Sequence record: DRR723986_3279
Strand: one strand, 5' to 3'
DNA: 39,073 bases
Positions within the stretch are counted from its first letter, which is position 1. Each line of letters starts with the position of its first letter. This document shows, piece by piece, positions 18,267-27,781 of this stretch. A program made the position numbers and the translations under genes. The notes beneath the pieces were generated by a model. It had not been told where the DNA came from and ran no database searches. It saw only the letters and a list, made by a program, of their open reading frames with translations.

Positions 18267-18371
18267 AATATGCCCACCTTCCCCATTCATTGCGGCGGCC
18301 TATTCATTCAAAATGCCGCCCACTATTTTGCCCGCAACACTAGCCTGCGATTTCCATTCAAACAAGCGCCC

Positions 18372-19595
18372 TTACACCAGCTCTGCATAATCTATCGGTT
18401 TTGAAATATCCAAAGTCTGCCGTGCATCTGGCATTGCATACTTGATGCCGTTGCCGCAGTTAAACAGCATAACCTGTTCGTCTCGGCCTACTCTGCCATC
18501 TTTGAGGGCTGCCAAATAGGCCGCGTATGTGGCGGCACCCTCGGGGCACACCATAATACCCTCCATTGTACCAATTTCACTGCGTGCTGCCTCAATAGCA
18601 TCATCGTCCACAGCAATGGCGAAGCCGCCACTATCACGCACAGCTTGCAGAATCAGAAAGTCCCCAACAGCAACAGGAACACGGATACCCGCCGCTGACG
18701 TATGAGCATTTTGCCATAACTCCGCGTGCTGTGTGCCTTCCGCGTATGCCTTAACAATAGGCGCGCAACCACTGGCCTGAACCGCAACCATGCGGGGTCG
18801 CTTTGAACCGATCCAGCCAAGCTTTTCCATCTCATCAAAAGCTTTCCACATGCCAATCAGGCCTGTGCCGCCACCAGTGGGGTAAAAGATAACATCAGGC
18901 ACATGCCAGCCAAGTTGCGCCGCCAACTCAAGCCCCATGGTTTTCTTGCCTTCAATCCGGTACGGCTCCTTCAGTGTTGACAGATCAAACCATCCCATCG
19001 CTTCTTTGCCTTCACCGACAATTTTACCGCAGTCATTGATCAAACCATTGACTCGCCAAACTTTGCCGCCCACCAATTGTATCTCGCTTAGATTAGGCTC
19101 TGGCGTATCGTCGGGCGCAAAAATATAGCTCTCTATGCCGCAGTGTGTTGCGTAAGCTGCCATTGCGGCACCTGCATTGCCGTTGGTTGGCATCGCAAGG
19201 CGCTTTAAGCCAAACTCTTTGGCCATAGCAACCGCAACACCCAAGCCGCGGGCTTTAAAGCTGCCAGTTGGCAAGCGCCCTTCGTCTTTAATAATGATTT
19301 CACCGGTAACCCCGTGCTGAGCCGCCAATTTTTTACAGCGTAATAGAGGCGTGTCATCTTCCCCTAGCGTGACAACGTTGGCATCATCCGTCACGGGCAA
19401 CAGCTCGCGCCATTTCCAAAACCCGCCCGGGCGCGCCCAAATTTCGTCTCGGTCAGCAACCTGCTTAAACGCAGCCAGGTCGTAGCGCGCAAGCAAGGGG
19501 CGACCCGCTTCAGAAAGGCCGTGGGGAACACCCGCTTTATAATCGGCACGTCCGGTTATGCTGCATTCAAGATGAGTAATGTATGACTTTGGCAC
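18372..19595 (-). CDS. Threonine synthase-like PLP-dependent enzyme (fold type II)
   Basis: LGEDDTPL, KDEGRLPTGSFKARG (PLP Lys), GNAG, EGKKT, YPTGGG and CPEGA motifs; GGAG upstream of the GTG. Confidence 0.88.
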   Translation of the reverse strand: MPKSYITHLECSITGRADYKAGVPHGLSEAGRPLLARYDLAAFKQVADRDEIWARPGGFWKWRELLPVTDDANVVTLGEDDTPLLRCKKLAAQHGVTGEIIIKDEGRLPTGSFKARGLGVAVAMAKEFGLKRLAMPTNGNAGAAMAAYATHCGIESYIFAPDDTPEPNLSEIQLVGGKVWRVNGLINDCGKIVGEGKEAMGWFDLSTLKEPYRIEGKKTMGLELAAQLGWHVPDVIFYPTGGGTGLIGMWKAFDEMEKLGWIGSKRPRMVAVQASGCAPIVKAYAEGTQHAELWQNAHTSAAGIRVPVAVGDFLILQAVRDSGGFAIAVDDDAIEAARSEIGTMEGIMVCPEGAATYAAYLAALKDGRVGRDEQVMLFNCGNGIKYAMPDARQTLDISKPIDYAELV

Positions 19596-19938
19596 GACAA
19601 TTTCTTTTCACATTTGCTGGAGAAAAACACTGGGTAATAGTGGGTAGGCGACAAACCAAACGGCGGCAAGTCACAATAAAGAGTGCGGTAGAAAATGTAG
19701 CTTACCCTGCAAAGACTAAACTGGTTACACAATAGAATTTTAAATGTTTCGCTAAAAGACAATCTGAAAAAATATTTATTTTCAGTGGTTTATATTACTA
19801 TCACCTTTTTATGTGCGGCAAATACCAAGAGCAGGTTTGCCCCCATGCGAGTCGCGCCCTAAGTAACTATCATACGAAGTAAGCGAGCAACTTGTTATCA
19901 GCCAATGCTCGCAAGATATATTTTTGACGGATTAAGCA

Positions 19939-20865
19939 ATGTTGGACCCTGCGCCCATTCCCTACAACAAGTGGGAAAAATGTGGCAAATATTTTGAGTG
20001 GCGTGACCACCATGTGCATTATCAGCGCGGCGGTGAAGGCGAACCTTTGCTTATGATCCACGGCTTCCCCACATCGTCGTGGGATTGGTGCTGGATATCA
20101 AAGAATTTTGTCAAACGCTTTCATATGATATTGCCCGACCTTCTTGATTACGGTCTGTCATTAAACGCCAGCAAAAAGCCCTGCTCGGTTATCGACCAAG
20201 CCGACATGATCGAAGCCTTGATGGCGCACCGAAATATGCCGGACGCTCATATTTTGGCGCATGATTTGGGTGACACTGTCGCGCAGGAACTGCTGGCACG
20301 GCACAACAAAAGCGCTCTTTCGTTCAAAATTAAAAGTATCATATTCCTAAACGGCGGCATTATTCCTGATTTGCATCGACCGCGCCCAGCACAGAAATTA
20401 CTGGCCGGTGCGTTTGGGCCGTTGTTTGCAAAAATAGTTCCCAAACAGAAAATGCTTGATGGCCTTGCAGAAGTGTTTGGCCCCAACACAAAACCCGAAG
20501 GCGGACAACTGGACGAACTATGGCAAGTTGTGATGGGCGCAAATGGGCGCAGCTCCATGCCAAGGCGTATTCGTTATATGGCTGAACGCCGGGAACACGC
20601 CGAGCGATGGGTAACTGCAATCAGCGATGCAAAATTACCGATGATGATGATCAATGGCCTTGCCGACCCTGTTTCTGGCGCGCATGCTGCCGACGGCTTT
20701 GCCAAACTAGCCCCAAAAGCAAAAGTGGCACGCTTGCCAGACATCGGCCATTTCCCGCAAATTGAAGCGCCGGAGGCTGTATCTGAACTGATCCACAAAT
20801 TCCATGATTGCATTGTTGAAAAACAAGCTGCGGGCAACGCTGAAGAGTTTGCTGGCGTCAAATAG
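19939..20865 (+). CDS. Alpha/beta hydrolase, epoxide hydrolase/MEST-like
   Basis: HGFPTSSWDW, AHDLG (Asp nucleophile), DPVSG and GHFPQIE motifs. Confidence 0.9.
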   Translation: MLDPAPIPYNKWEKCGKYFEWRDHHVHYQRGGEGEPLLMIHGFPTSSWDWCWISKNFVKRFHMILPDLLDYGLSLNASKKPCSVIDQADMIEALMAHRNMPDAHILAHDLGDTVAQELLARHNKSALSFKIKSIIFLNGGIIPDLHRPRPAQKLLAGAFGPLFAKIVPKQKMLDGLAEVFGPNTKPEGGQLDELWQVVMGANGRSSMPRRIRYMAERREHAERWVTAISDAKLPMMMINGLADPVSGAHAADGFAKLAPKAKVARLPDIGHFPQIEAPEAVSELIHKFHDCIVEKQAAGNAEEFAGVK

Positions 20866-20910
20866 GGACCATCCCTTTTTAAGCTTCCCACAAGCAGCGC
20901 TTTTGATAAA

Positions 20911-20945
20911 CTAAACACTAAACACTAAACACTAAACACTACACA
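20911..20945 (+). repeat. Heptamer tandem repeat (CTAAACA)x4 plus CTACACA
   Basis: Read directly from the sequence. Confidence 0.95.
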
Positions 20946-20978
20946 CTGGCTTGCCGATGCGAGCTGGTTTTAGTTTTT
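20945..20978 (+). terminator. Putative intrinsic terminator
   Basis: ACTGGCTTGC-CGAT-GCGAGCTGGT forms 10 bp including three G-U pairs, followed by TTTAGTTTTT. Confidence 0.5.
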
Positions 20979-20996
20979 CAAAAAAGGGTTTCAATC

Positions 20997-21536
20997 ATGG
21001 TAGTCGGGCTTGACGCACTGTATCTATTCGTTGAAGTAAACATTGCATTTGTCGCGTTCGCAGCCATTGTTGCAACATTGAGGCAAAGTTTCGGCGGCAA
21101 ACTTACCCCGCTTCAATACCTGCTTTTCCGGTTTTTTGTTGAGAGCGGCCTGTTGTGTACCTTCGGCGCTTTCGTTTCTATAGTGATCGTAACATTGGTT
21201 GAACCTTCCGCCTTAGCTTGGTGGTATTCAACGGTAGTAGTGGCCGTTCTTGCCTTTCCTTATTTAGCTTTCCATCTTACGCGTCGCGCCAAAATGGGTC
21301 TCAAACTGCCTGCAGTCAGTAAATTTTTATCATTAGTTAGCTTCTGTTTTTTCTTTTTTCTAGCATCCACTTTAATCCCGGGTGTGCTGGCTCCTTCTGC
21401 TGGAACACTTTTGATATATTTCGCATGGATTTTCGGAAGTTTGCTGATCGTGTTTGTCCAGTTCATTTCAATGTTCGTCGACACCGAACAGCCAGACCTT
21501 GCAGTTGAAACAGGCCGCACACACGAGAGCAAATAA
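20997..21536 (+). CDS. Hypothetical multi-pass membrane protein
   Basis: About five hydrophobic segments, 179 aa, AAGGG upstream. Confidence 0.8.
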   Translation: MVVGLDALYLFVEVNIAFVAFAAIVATLRQSFGGKLTPLQYLLFRFFVESGLLCTFGAFVSIVIVTLVEPSALAWWYSTVVVAVLAFPYLAFHLTRRAKMGLKLPAVSKFLSLVSFCFFFFLASTLIPGVLAPSAGTLLIYFAWIFGSLLIVFVQFISMFVDTEQPDLAVETGRTHESK

Positions 21537-21617
21537 TACAGAGACAGCGCTTTCCCTCAACGGGGGATTGGGATATGGGTTGGCCCTGAATAATAGCAAA
21601 GCAGTTTCACCCAAATA

Positions 21618-22847
21618 ATGACACAGCAACAAGACACCACAACAGCCGTAAGGCCCGGCAAAACCCAAGCACTGCTCGCGTGTGCCGCTATTATTGCTGG
21701 CACGGTGTTGGGGCTTGCCGGCACTGATTTGGTCTTGCCCGCTGTTCCTGCGTTGCCCGAAATATTCGGCACCACCATAGCCGCCTCACAGCTCGTAATG
21801 GCGCTGTATGTGGCAGGCACTTCGATTGGTTTGCTGGCCTTTGGCAGCCTCGCTGGCTACATTGGCAGGCGGCGGCTTTTCATCGGCTCGTTGGCGCTGT
21901 TTGCGATAACATCAGGTGCGGCGACCTTCTCGCCTTCCATTGAAACCTTAAACATTTTGCGTTTTCTACAAGGGGCGGCGGCAAGCGGCCCAGCGGTTCT
22001 AGCCCCCGGCTTGATACGCAGCCTGTTTTCCGAGCTTGGTAGCATTCGCGCCATCAGCGCCATGGGTAGCATCGAAGCGCTCACACCCGGCCTTGCGCCC
22101 ATTTTGGGTGCGTGGCTATTCAGCCAATATGGCTGGCAGGCCTCTTTTACCATAACCGCTTTTTTGGTGGCGTTGTTGTTCACCTTTATGCTGGTAAAGC
22201 CCACGCTGTTGCCCAGCATTGGCACCAAGGAAAACAGCGGTCCAGGCAGCTATATGAAGCTGCTGAAAAACAGCACATATCTTCGCTATGCCGTGGGCCA
22301 TGCGCTGGTTCTGGGCGGGTTGCTAACCTTCGTTTTCTCTGCGCCAGCGGTTATTGTGGAAACAATGGGCGGCACCATTGAAGACTTTATCATCATGCAA
22401 ATTGTTGGCGTCTCTATCTTCATTATTGCAGCTAATTTTTCTGGCCATTTAGTGAAGTGGTTTAGTGTTGAGCGTGTGATTTGGGCTGGCACTTTGCTGG
22501 CATTACTGGGCGGCACTCTTCTTCTTGGTTACGCCTTGTCAGGCACCAACAACCCGGGCCATTTGAAATGGCTGTTTTGGGTTTTAAACGTAGGCCTAGG
22601 CGTGCGCGGTGGGCCCGGTTTTGTGCGCGCCCTATCTGCCGCCGAAGGCGATGATGACCGTGCCTCGGCGCTGCTCATTTTCTTCATCACGGCTGTTGCC
22701 GCTGGCGGTACAGCGCTGGTGGCACCGTTTATCACAGACGGGCTTGTTGCTTTAACCACGGCTGTTTTTGCTATCCTTTTACCATCTTTGCTGTTGATGA
22801 TATTCATCAAGCCACTACAAACCCCTCCCAGTAACGCACAGTCATAA
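21618..22847 (+). CDS. MFS transporter, Bcr/CflA (DHA1)-like
   Basis: TDLVLPAVP, GSLAGYIGRR, RFLQG, APILG and GWQASF motifs; about 12 TM segments. Confidence 0.9.
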   Translation: MTQQQDTTTAVRPGKTQALLACAAIIAGTVLGLAGTDLVLPAVPALPEIFGTTIAASQLVMALYVAGTSIGLLAFGSLAGYIGRRRLFIGSLALFAITSGAATFSPSIETLNILRFLQGAAASGPAVLAPGLIRSLFSELGSIRAISAMGSIEALTPGLAPILGAWLFSQYGWQASFTITAFLVALLFTFMLVKPTLLPSIGTKENSGPGSYMKLLKNSTYLRYAVGHALVLGGLLTFVFSAPAVIVETMGGTIEDFIIMQIVGVSIFIIAANFSGHLVKWFSVERVIWAGTLLALLGGTLLLGYALSGTNNPGHLKWLFWVLNVGLGVRGGPGFVRALSAAEGDDDRASALLIFFITAVAAGGTALVAPFITDGLVALTTAVFAILLPSLLLMIFIKPLQTPPSNAQS

Positions 22848-22859
22848 GGATTAAGCCGG

Positions 22860-23714
22860 GTGCCACAAACTGCCTATGTCAACGGGGCTTATGCCTCCAT
22901 CGCCGAAGCCCATGTGCATATCAATGACCGGGGCTTTCAGTTTGCTGACGGCGTATATGAAGGCATATCCGTGCGCCGCGGCAAAATGGTTGATGCTGAA
23001 CCGCATTTGGACCGACTTTGGCGCTCAATGGGTGAGCTTGCCATTGCTGAACCCATGGGGCGGGCTGCTTTGAAGGTTATTCTGCGCGAAGTACATCGCA
23101 GAAGCCGCTTTTCTGATGCTTTCCTCTACATTCAAGTGACCCGCGGCATTGCACCGCGCGACCACGCGTTTCCAGCCGTTCCCGTGCGAGCATCACTGAT
23201 TGTTACATGCAAGCGGGTTGATTTTGATGCGGTAAGAAAACGCGCCTTATCCGGTGTGACTGTCGCCACCCAACCTGATATCAGGTGGGGGCGCTGCGAC
23301 ATTAAAAGCACTGCATTGTTGCCCAACATTCTCGCCAAACAAGCGGCTCGAGAAGCAGGCGCATTTGAGGCTGTATTGGTTGACTCGAAGGGCTTTATCA
23401 CTGAAGGCAGCAGCACCAATATTTGGGTTGTTACCGAAGACGGCGACATTGTCACTCGTGCCAAATCTGACAATATTTTGGCCGGCATTACCCGCGCACG
23501 GATAAAAATTATCGCTGAAAAGCTGAAAATCAGCGTTAAAGAAGCTAAAATTAGCGTTGAAGACGCAAAAAATGCACGCGAAGTTTTCTTTACCAGCAGC
23601 TCAAATTGCGCCATGCCCATCGTTGAACTTGACGGCCACAAAATAGGCGACGGAACTGTAGGCCCCGTCGCCAAACGTCTCATCGACGCCTATTTCGATT
23701 TTACAGATGCGTGA
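22860..23714 (+). CDS. dat: D-amino-acid aminotransferase (class IV PLP)
   Basis: DRGFQFADGVYE, HLDRL, YIQVTRG, RWGRCDIKST (PLP Lys), EGSSTN and ILAGITR motifs. Confidence 0.9.
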   Translation: MPQTAYVNGAYASIAEAHVHINDRGFQFADGVYEGISVRRGKMVDAEPHLDRLWRSMGELAIAEPMGRAALKVILREVHRRSRFSDAFLYIQVTRGIAPRDHAFPAVPVRASLIVTCKRVDFDAVRKRALSGVTVATQPDIRWGRCDIKSTALLPNILAKQAAREAGAFEAVLVDSKGFITEGSSTNIWVVTEDGDIVTRAKSDNILAGITRARIKIIAEKLKISVKEAKISVEDAKNAREVFFTSSSNCAMPIVELDGHKIGDGTVGPVAKRLIDAYFDFTDA

Positions 23715-23715
23715 A

Positions 23716-24132
23716 CTATGCCTCAGGGGATGACCCCCAGCCTTTGCCCTGCATAAAGGCAAGCACCACCCCAACAATGGCGCCAACCACCAAATGCAGC
23801 GCGCCTTGAACCATGCGAGCATCTTGCGGGAAATCAACCAGACTGACGTACCATATGGCGTCTGACGCTAACAAATACAGACCGATCATCGCGCCGAACA
23901 AAGCACCGGCTTTCATGTCGCCTGAGCCAACGGCTTTATTGAAAAGCCAAACAACAACAATGGTTTGCACTAGATGGTATGCCATTTCCGGCATAAATTT
24001 AACGTCTTCAGGTTTTAGCGCAGCCGCCATAGCCCCAAACTGATCAGCAAATGCAACCGTGCCAGCGGTATATAAGGCCCCATATACAAAATACGCGACA
24101 ACAACATTTAAGATAAACTTTCCAATAGACAT
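23716..24132 (-). CDS. Hypothetical four-TM membrane protein
   Basis: GGGGAG RBS; four hydrophobic segments. Confidence 0.8.
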   Translation of the reverse strand: MSIGKFILNVVVAYFVYGALYTAGTVAFADQFGAMAAALKPEDVKFMPEMAYHLVQTIVVVWLFNKAVGSGDMKAGALFGAMIGLYLLASDAIWYVSLVDFPQDARMVQGALHLVVGAIVGVVLAFMQGKGWGSSPEA

Positions 24133-24168
24133 ATTCTTCTCCCCTAAAAGGTCTACGTTGGATACTCG

Positions 24169-25464
24169 TTACTCTTGCTTTGTCGGATTAAGATCACCAT
24201 TTTTGACATGAACAACACGAGTTGGATAGGGGAACTCAATACCTTCCTCGTGAAACTTGTCCCAAATAGTCACCATCACTTCACTGGCGATATTGGAAAC
24301 GCCGTGCTGTGGGTCTTCAATCCAAATACGCAATTCCAGGTCAACGCCGCTTTCGCCGAACCCTTTCATCAAGGTTCTTGGCTCTGGCACCTTCAACACC
24401 CTTGAATGTTCCAAAGACGCATCAACCATCACCTGCATGGCATGCTTCACATCGCTCTGGTAAGAAACCTGCACCGGAATACGTCGCCGAACAAGCCTGT
24501 GGGTGTGCGACCAGTTAGTCACCGGCTGCGTGATCATATCCTCGTTCGGAATCAAAAACTCAGTGCCGTCGCGAGTGATTACCGAGGTATAGCGCGCGGC
24601 CAGCCGGTTGATGGTGCCGTATGTACCGCCGGTTTCGATCACATCACCGGGCTTGATAGACCGGTCAACGAGCAGAATAATGCCTGAAATAAAGTTACCA
24701 ACAACCTTCTGCAGACCAAAACCAATACCAACACCAAGCGCACCACCGAAGACGGCAAGAGCTGTGAGATCAATGCCGCTGGCATTCAGCGCAATAAGGA
24801 AGGCGGCAGAAACCAGAAAGATCTTGCCAATCTTGCTGGTCAGCTCACGGATGCTGGGCGGAATGCTCTCCGCCGACTTCAGGCGGTTTTCAAGAAGCCT
24901 CGACAGCGCGAACGCCAACCATATGAGGACGGCGAAAGTGGTGATACCCGCAATGATATCAAGAACGCTGATTTCCACGTCACCCAGCGGCAGCTTGGCA
25001 TCATCAAGAACAGTTGTGATCGGGTCCAGAAGGCCAAGAATGTTGAGGGCTGCGAGGGTCCAGACCACGCCTGTGATAAGGCGCGCCAGCTCCCGGTTGG
25101 CCATCACGCTGACGGCAACACGAATAACAATCCAGGCTGTCAGCAAGCTCGTCGCGACGCTGAACAGATAAGTGGACATATACGGTTGCAGCAGGAAACG
25201 CGCTGTATATATCAGCAGAATGGCAAGCCCCGCGGTCAGCAGCGGTTGCCAGAAGCGGCCGTTTACCTTCTCCATCATCGGATGGTCGCCCAACGCGAGC
25301 ATGATGCCCTTGCGCATATATTTGAGAGCGAAGCTTGAGAGGAACAGCGCGAGGCCAATTATGGCCAACTCGATCAGGCGCTCGGGTTCAAGAAAATTGG
25401 TCTGTACCCAAGACCAGGCTTCAAGCAGTTTTACCTGAGCTTTTTCAAGGAGTTCATGTTCCAT
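24169..25464 (-). CDS. Small-conductance mechanosensitive channel family protein
   Basis: GALGVGIGFGLQKVVGNFISG, IKPGDVI, LIPNE, NWS and IEFPYP motifs; extra N-terminal TM segments. Confidence 0.95.
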   Translation of the reverse strand: MEHELLEKAQVKLLEAWSWVQTNFLEPERLIELAIIGLALFLSSFALKYMRKGIMLALGDHPMMEKVNGRFWQPLLTAGLAILLIYTARFLLQPYMSTYLFSVATSLLTAWIVIRVAVSVMANRELARLITGVVWTLAALNILGLLDPITTVLDDAKLPLGDVEISVLDIIAGITTFAVLIWLAFALSRLLENRLKSAESIPPSIRELTSKIGKIFLVSAAFLIALNASGIDLTALAVFGGALGVGIGFGLQKVVGNFISGIILLVDRSIKPGDVIETGGTYGTINRLAARYTSVITRDGTEFLIPNEDMITQPVTNWSHTHRLVRRRIPVQVSYQSDVKHAMQVMVDASLEHSRVLKVPEPRTLMKGFGESGVDLELRIWIEDPQHGVSNIASEVMVTIWDKFHEEGIEFPYPTRVVHVKNGDLNPTKQE

Positions 25465-25473
25465 TACGGTATC

Positions 25474-25926
25474 TTAGCGCCGTTCTGCAAAAAAGTCTTT
25501 AAGCAATTGCGCTGATTCTTCCTCGAGGATACCGCCGTACACCTCAGGCTTGTGGTGGGTGGTCGTCCGGTCAAATATTTTTGCACCCACAGTTATGCCC
25601 CCACCCTTTGGGTCTTCGGCGCCGTAATATAGGCGGCGAATACGCGCAAATGAAATGGCCTGTGCGCACATGGCGCAGGGCTCAAGCGTTACGTACATGT
25701 CGCAACCTTCCAAACGTTCAGACTGCATTATGTCCGCCGCTTTGCGAATGGCAACGATTTCAGCATGGCCCGTTGGGTCCATTGCACCGATCACCTCATT
25801 ACCGCCAGCGGCAATAATGCGGCCCTTAGGCCCAACAATAATTGCGCCAACAGGCACTTCACCGCGAACGGCGGCGAGCCTTGCTTCTTGAAGCGCTTGG
25901 CGCATAAAGGGAAAATCATCAATCAT
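25474..25926 (-). CDS. tadA: tRNA adenosine(34) deaminase
   Basis: GEVPVGA, DPTGHAE, TLEPCAMC and DPKGG motifs; true start probably ATG 25926. Confidence 0.92.
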   Translation of the reverse strand: MIDDFPFMRQALQEARLAAVRGEVPVGAIIVGPKGRIIAAGGNEVIGAMDPTGHAEIVAIRKAADIMQSERLEGCDMYVTLEPCAMCAQAISFARIRRLYYGAEDPKGGGITVGAKIFDRTTTHHKPEVYGGILEEESAQLLKDFFAERR

Positions 25927-25983
25927 GACCTCTGTCTTTTGTCGCAGAAACGCGTTGAGGTCAAGGCAGGCAATTGTATTAAC

Positions 25984-26012
25984 TTGTCTCAGCCTCATGC
26001 TGGCTCTATGGT
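25984..26012 (+). promoter_or_regulatory. Sigma70 promoter of rluB, probably leaderless transcript
   Basis: TTGTCT-N17-TATGGT ends 7 nt before ATG 26020; no Shine-Dalgarno sequence. Confidence 0.6.
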
Positions 26013-26019
26013 GCGCCGC

Positions 26020-27141
26020 ATGAGCAAAGACCAAAAAACAGACAATAATCGTGACGCTGAAAATCAGGATAAAGGCGAACGCATTGCCAAAGCTTTGGCC
26101 CGTGCAGGCATTGGATCGCGCCGCGATGTTGAGCGCATGATTGAAGCTGGCCGTGTTTCGCTGGACGGCAAAACCTTGGAGACCCCAGCCGTGCTGATTA
26201 AAAGCCTGGAGGGTATCCGTGTGGACGGTGAAGCCGTCGAGCAAGCCGCCGACACAAAAATGTGGCGCATGCACAAAACCAGAGGCACGCTGACAACCTC
26301 CAAAGACCCCGAAGGCCGCCCCACTGTATTTGACAGGCTACCTAAACATATTGGCAGGGTTATATCAGTTGGACGACTGGATATGAACACCGAAGGCCTA
26401 TTGCTACTGACTAATGATGGAGCCTTAGCCCGCTGGATGGAATTACCGGCCAATGCCTTGGTGCGCCGCTACCGGGTGCGGGTGTACGGCCGCGTGGAAG
26501 AAAAAGCACTGGCCAAACTTTCAAGAGGCGTCACCATAGACGGTGTTCAGTACGGCGAAATTGACGCCCGGCTCGAGCGACTTTCAAAAAAAGCGCAAAA
26601 AGAACAAGACTCTAACAACCGATCGTCTGCCAATACATGGCTTACGGTTTCAATTCGCGAAGGTAAAAACCGCGAAGTTCGACGAGTGATGGAATATTTA
26701 GGGCTAACGGTTAACCGGCTTATTCGCACTCATTATGGCCCCTTTACCCTTGGCACCTTGCCAACAGCTGTTGTAGCCCCGGTGAATGACCAACAATTGC
26801 GCGAAATACTGCCAGAGTTTTTCGCTGACGCACCGCAAAGTGTTGCGGCAATAAAAATTGAACGCGACACATCCAAATGGGCAAAGGCGAAGAAGCCAAG
26901 CAAAAATAAACCGGGTGCGAGCAGGCGGCGTAGGCCCGCGGGAGACCAGGACGATGCACGTGGTGCGAATAGGCCCGGCAAACCGAACCAACGCAGCAGC
27001 GAAAACCGTGGGGGCAAACCATCAACCCGCGGTCGTGGTCAAAGAACCGGTCAAACGGCAAGTCAAAAAACTGGCTACAAACCCGCTAAAGGCCCGGCAT
27101 CTAGAAACCAAGGCTCAAAACCCAGGGCACCAAAGAAATGA
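26020..27141 (+). CDS. rluB: rRNA pseudouridine synthase, RsuA/RluB family
   Basis: S4 domain ERIAKALARAGIGSRR, catalytic GRLD..TEGLLLLTNDG, EGKNREVRR; basic disordered C-terminal tail. Confidence 0.9.
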   Translation: MSKDQKTDNNRDAENQDKGERIAKALARAGIGSRRDVERMIEAGRVSLDGKTLETPAVLIKSLEGIRVDGEAVEQAADTKMWRMHKTRGTLTTSKDPEGRPTVFDRLPKHIGRVISVGRLDMNTEGLLLLTNDGALARWMELPANALVRRYRVRVYGRVEEKALAKLSRGVTIDGVQYGEIDARLERLSKKAQKEQDSNNRSSANTWLTVSIREGKNREVRRVMEYLGLTVNRLIRTHYGPFTLGTLPTAVVAPVNDQQLREILPEFFADAPQSVAAIKIERDTSKWAKAKKPSKNKPGASRRRRPAGDQDDARGANRPGKPNQRSSENRGGKPSTRGRGQRTGQTASQKTGYKPAKGPASRNQGSKPRAPKK

Positions 27142-27698
27142 CCCGCATCATTGCGGGGCGCTTTCGTGGGCGTAATTTAACTGTACCCGCTGGCACAGAC
27201 ATACGCCCAACGACAGACCGTATGCGCGAGCGGTTATTTTCAATATTGAACCACAGCCGATATCCGGCCATGGCGGGGGCGCGGGTAGCTGACCTGTTTG
27301 CTGGCACAGGTGCACTAGGCCTTGAGGCTCTCTCGCGCGGCGCTGAGCACGCTACATTCGTTGAGCAAGCGCGCGGGTCTCTTAATTGCCTTCGCGCCAA
27401 TATTACAACACTGAATGCTGAAGACGAGACAACGGTCATAGCATCCAGCGTTGCCAGCATTGGCAAAGCACACCAACCGTGTGATTTTATATTTCTCGAC
27501 CCGCCTTATCACAAAGGTTTGCTGTCGGCAGCGTTAAGCCGCTTAATAGAAATGGGCTGGCTAAAAAATGAGACGGCAGTCGTGTGCGAATTAGCGGCAG
27601 ATGAGCCTACCGACATTCCGTCGAGCCTGACAGTTATTGACGATCGCAAGCAAGGCAAGCAACGGCTGTTAATTTTGATGCAAACACCGGCTGAATAG
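27138..27698 (+). CDS. rsmD: 16S rRNA m2G966 methyltransferase
   Basis: RIIAG.FRGR, RPTTDRMRE, DLFAGTGALGLEALSRGA and FLDPPY motifs. Confidence 0.96.
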   Translation: MTRIIAGRFRGRNLTVPAGTDIRPTTDRMRERLFSILNHSRYPAMAGARVADLFAGTGALGLEALSRGAEHATFVEQARGSLNCLRANITTLNAEDETTVIASSVASIGKAHQPCDFIFLDPPYHKGLLSAALSRLIEMGWLKNETAVVCELAADEPTDIPSSLTVIDDRKQGKQRLLILMQTPAE

Positions 27699-27781
27699 CC
27701 GCTTGCCGCGATAATTTTCTTTTGATTTGACGCGAATGGCGGCAAACTATCCATAAAAGCTTTTAAGAAAAGGTTGTGTAC

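Noticed and set aside
19589-19605. Sigma54-like TGGCAC motifs (also near 13889 and 20947)
   Set aside because: The invariant GC at -12 is missing or wrongly spaced in each case.
20911-20945. Repeat considered as a CRISPR array or iteron set
   Set aside because: 7-bp units without spacers; no cas or rep gene.
24169-25464. mscS looks slightly more GC-rich than its neighbours
   Set aside because: The difference is small by eye and unquantified, with no flanking repeats or mobility genes.
25765-26274. Mutually overlapping N-terminal extensions of tadA and rluB in the ORF track
   Set aside because: Family similarity begins at ATG 25926 and ATG 26020; the extensions are artefacts of longest-ORF calling.
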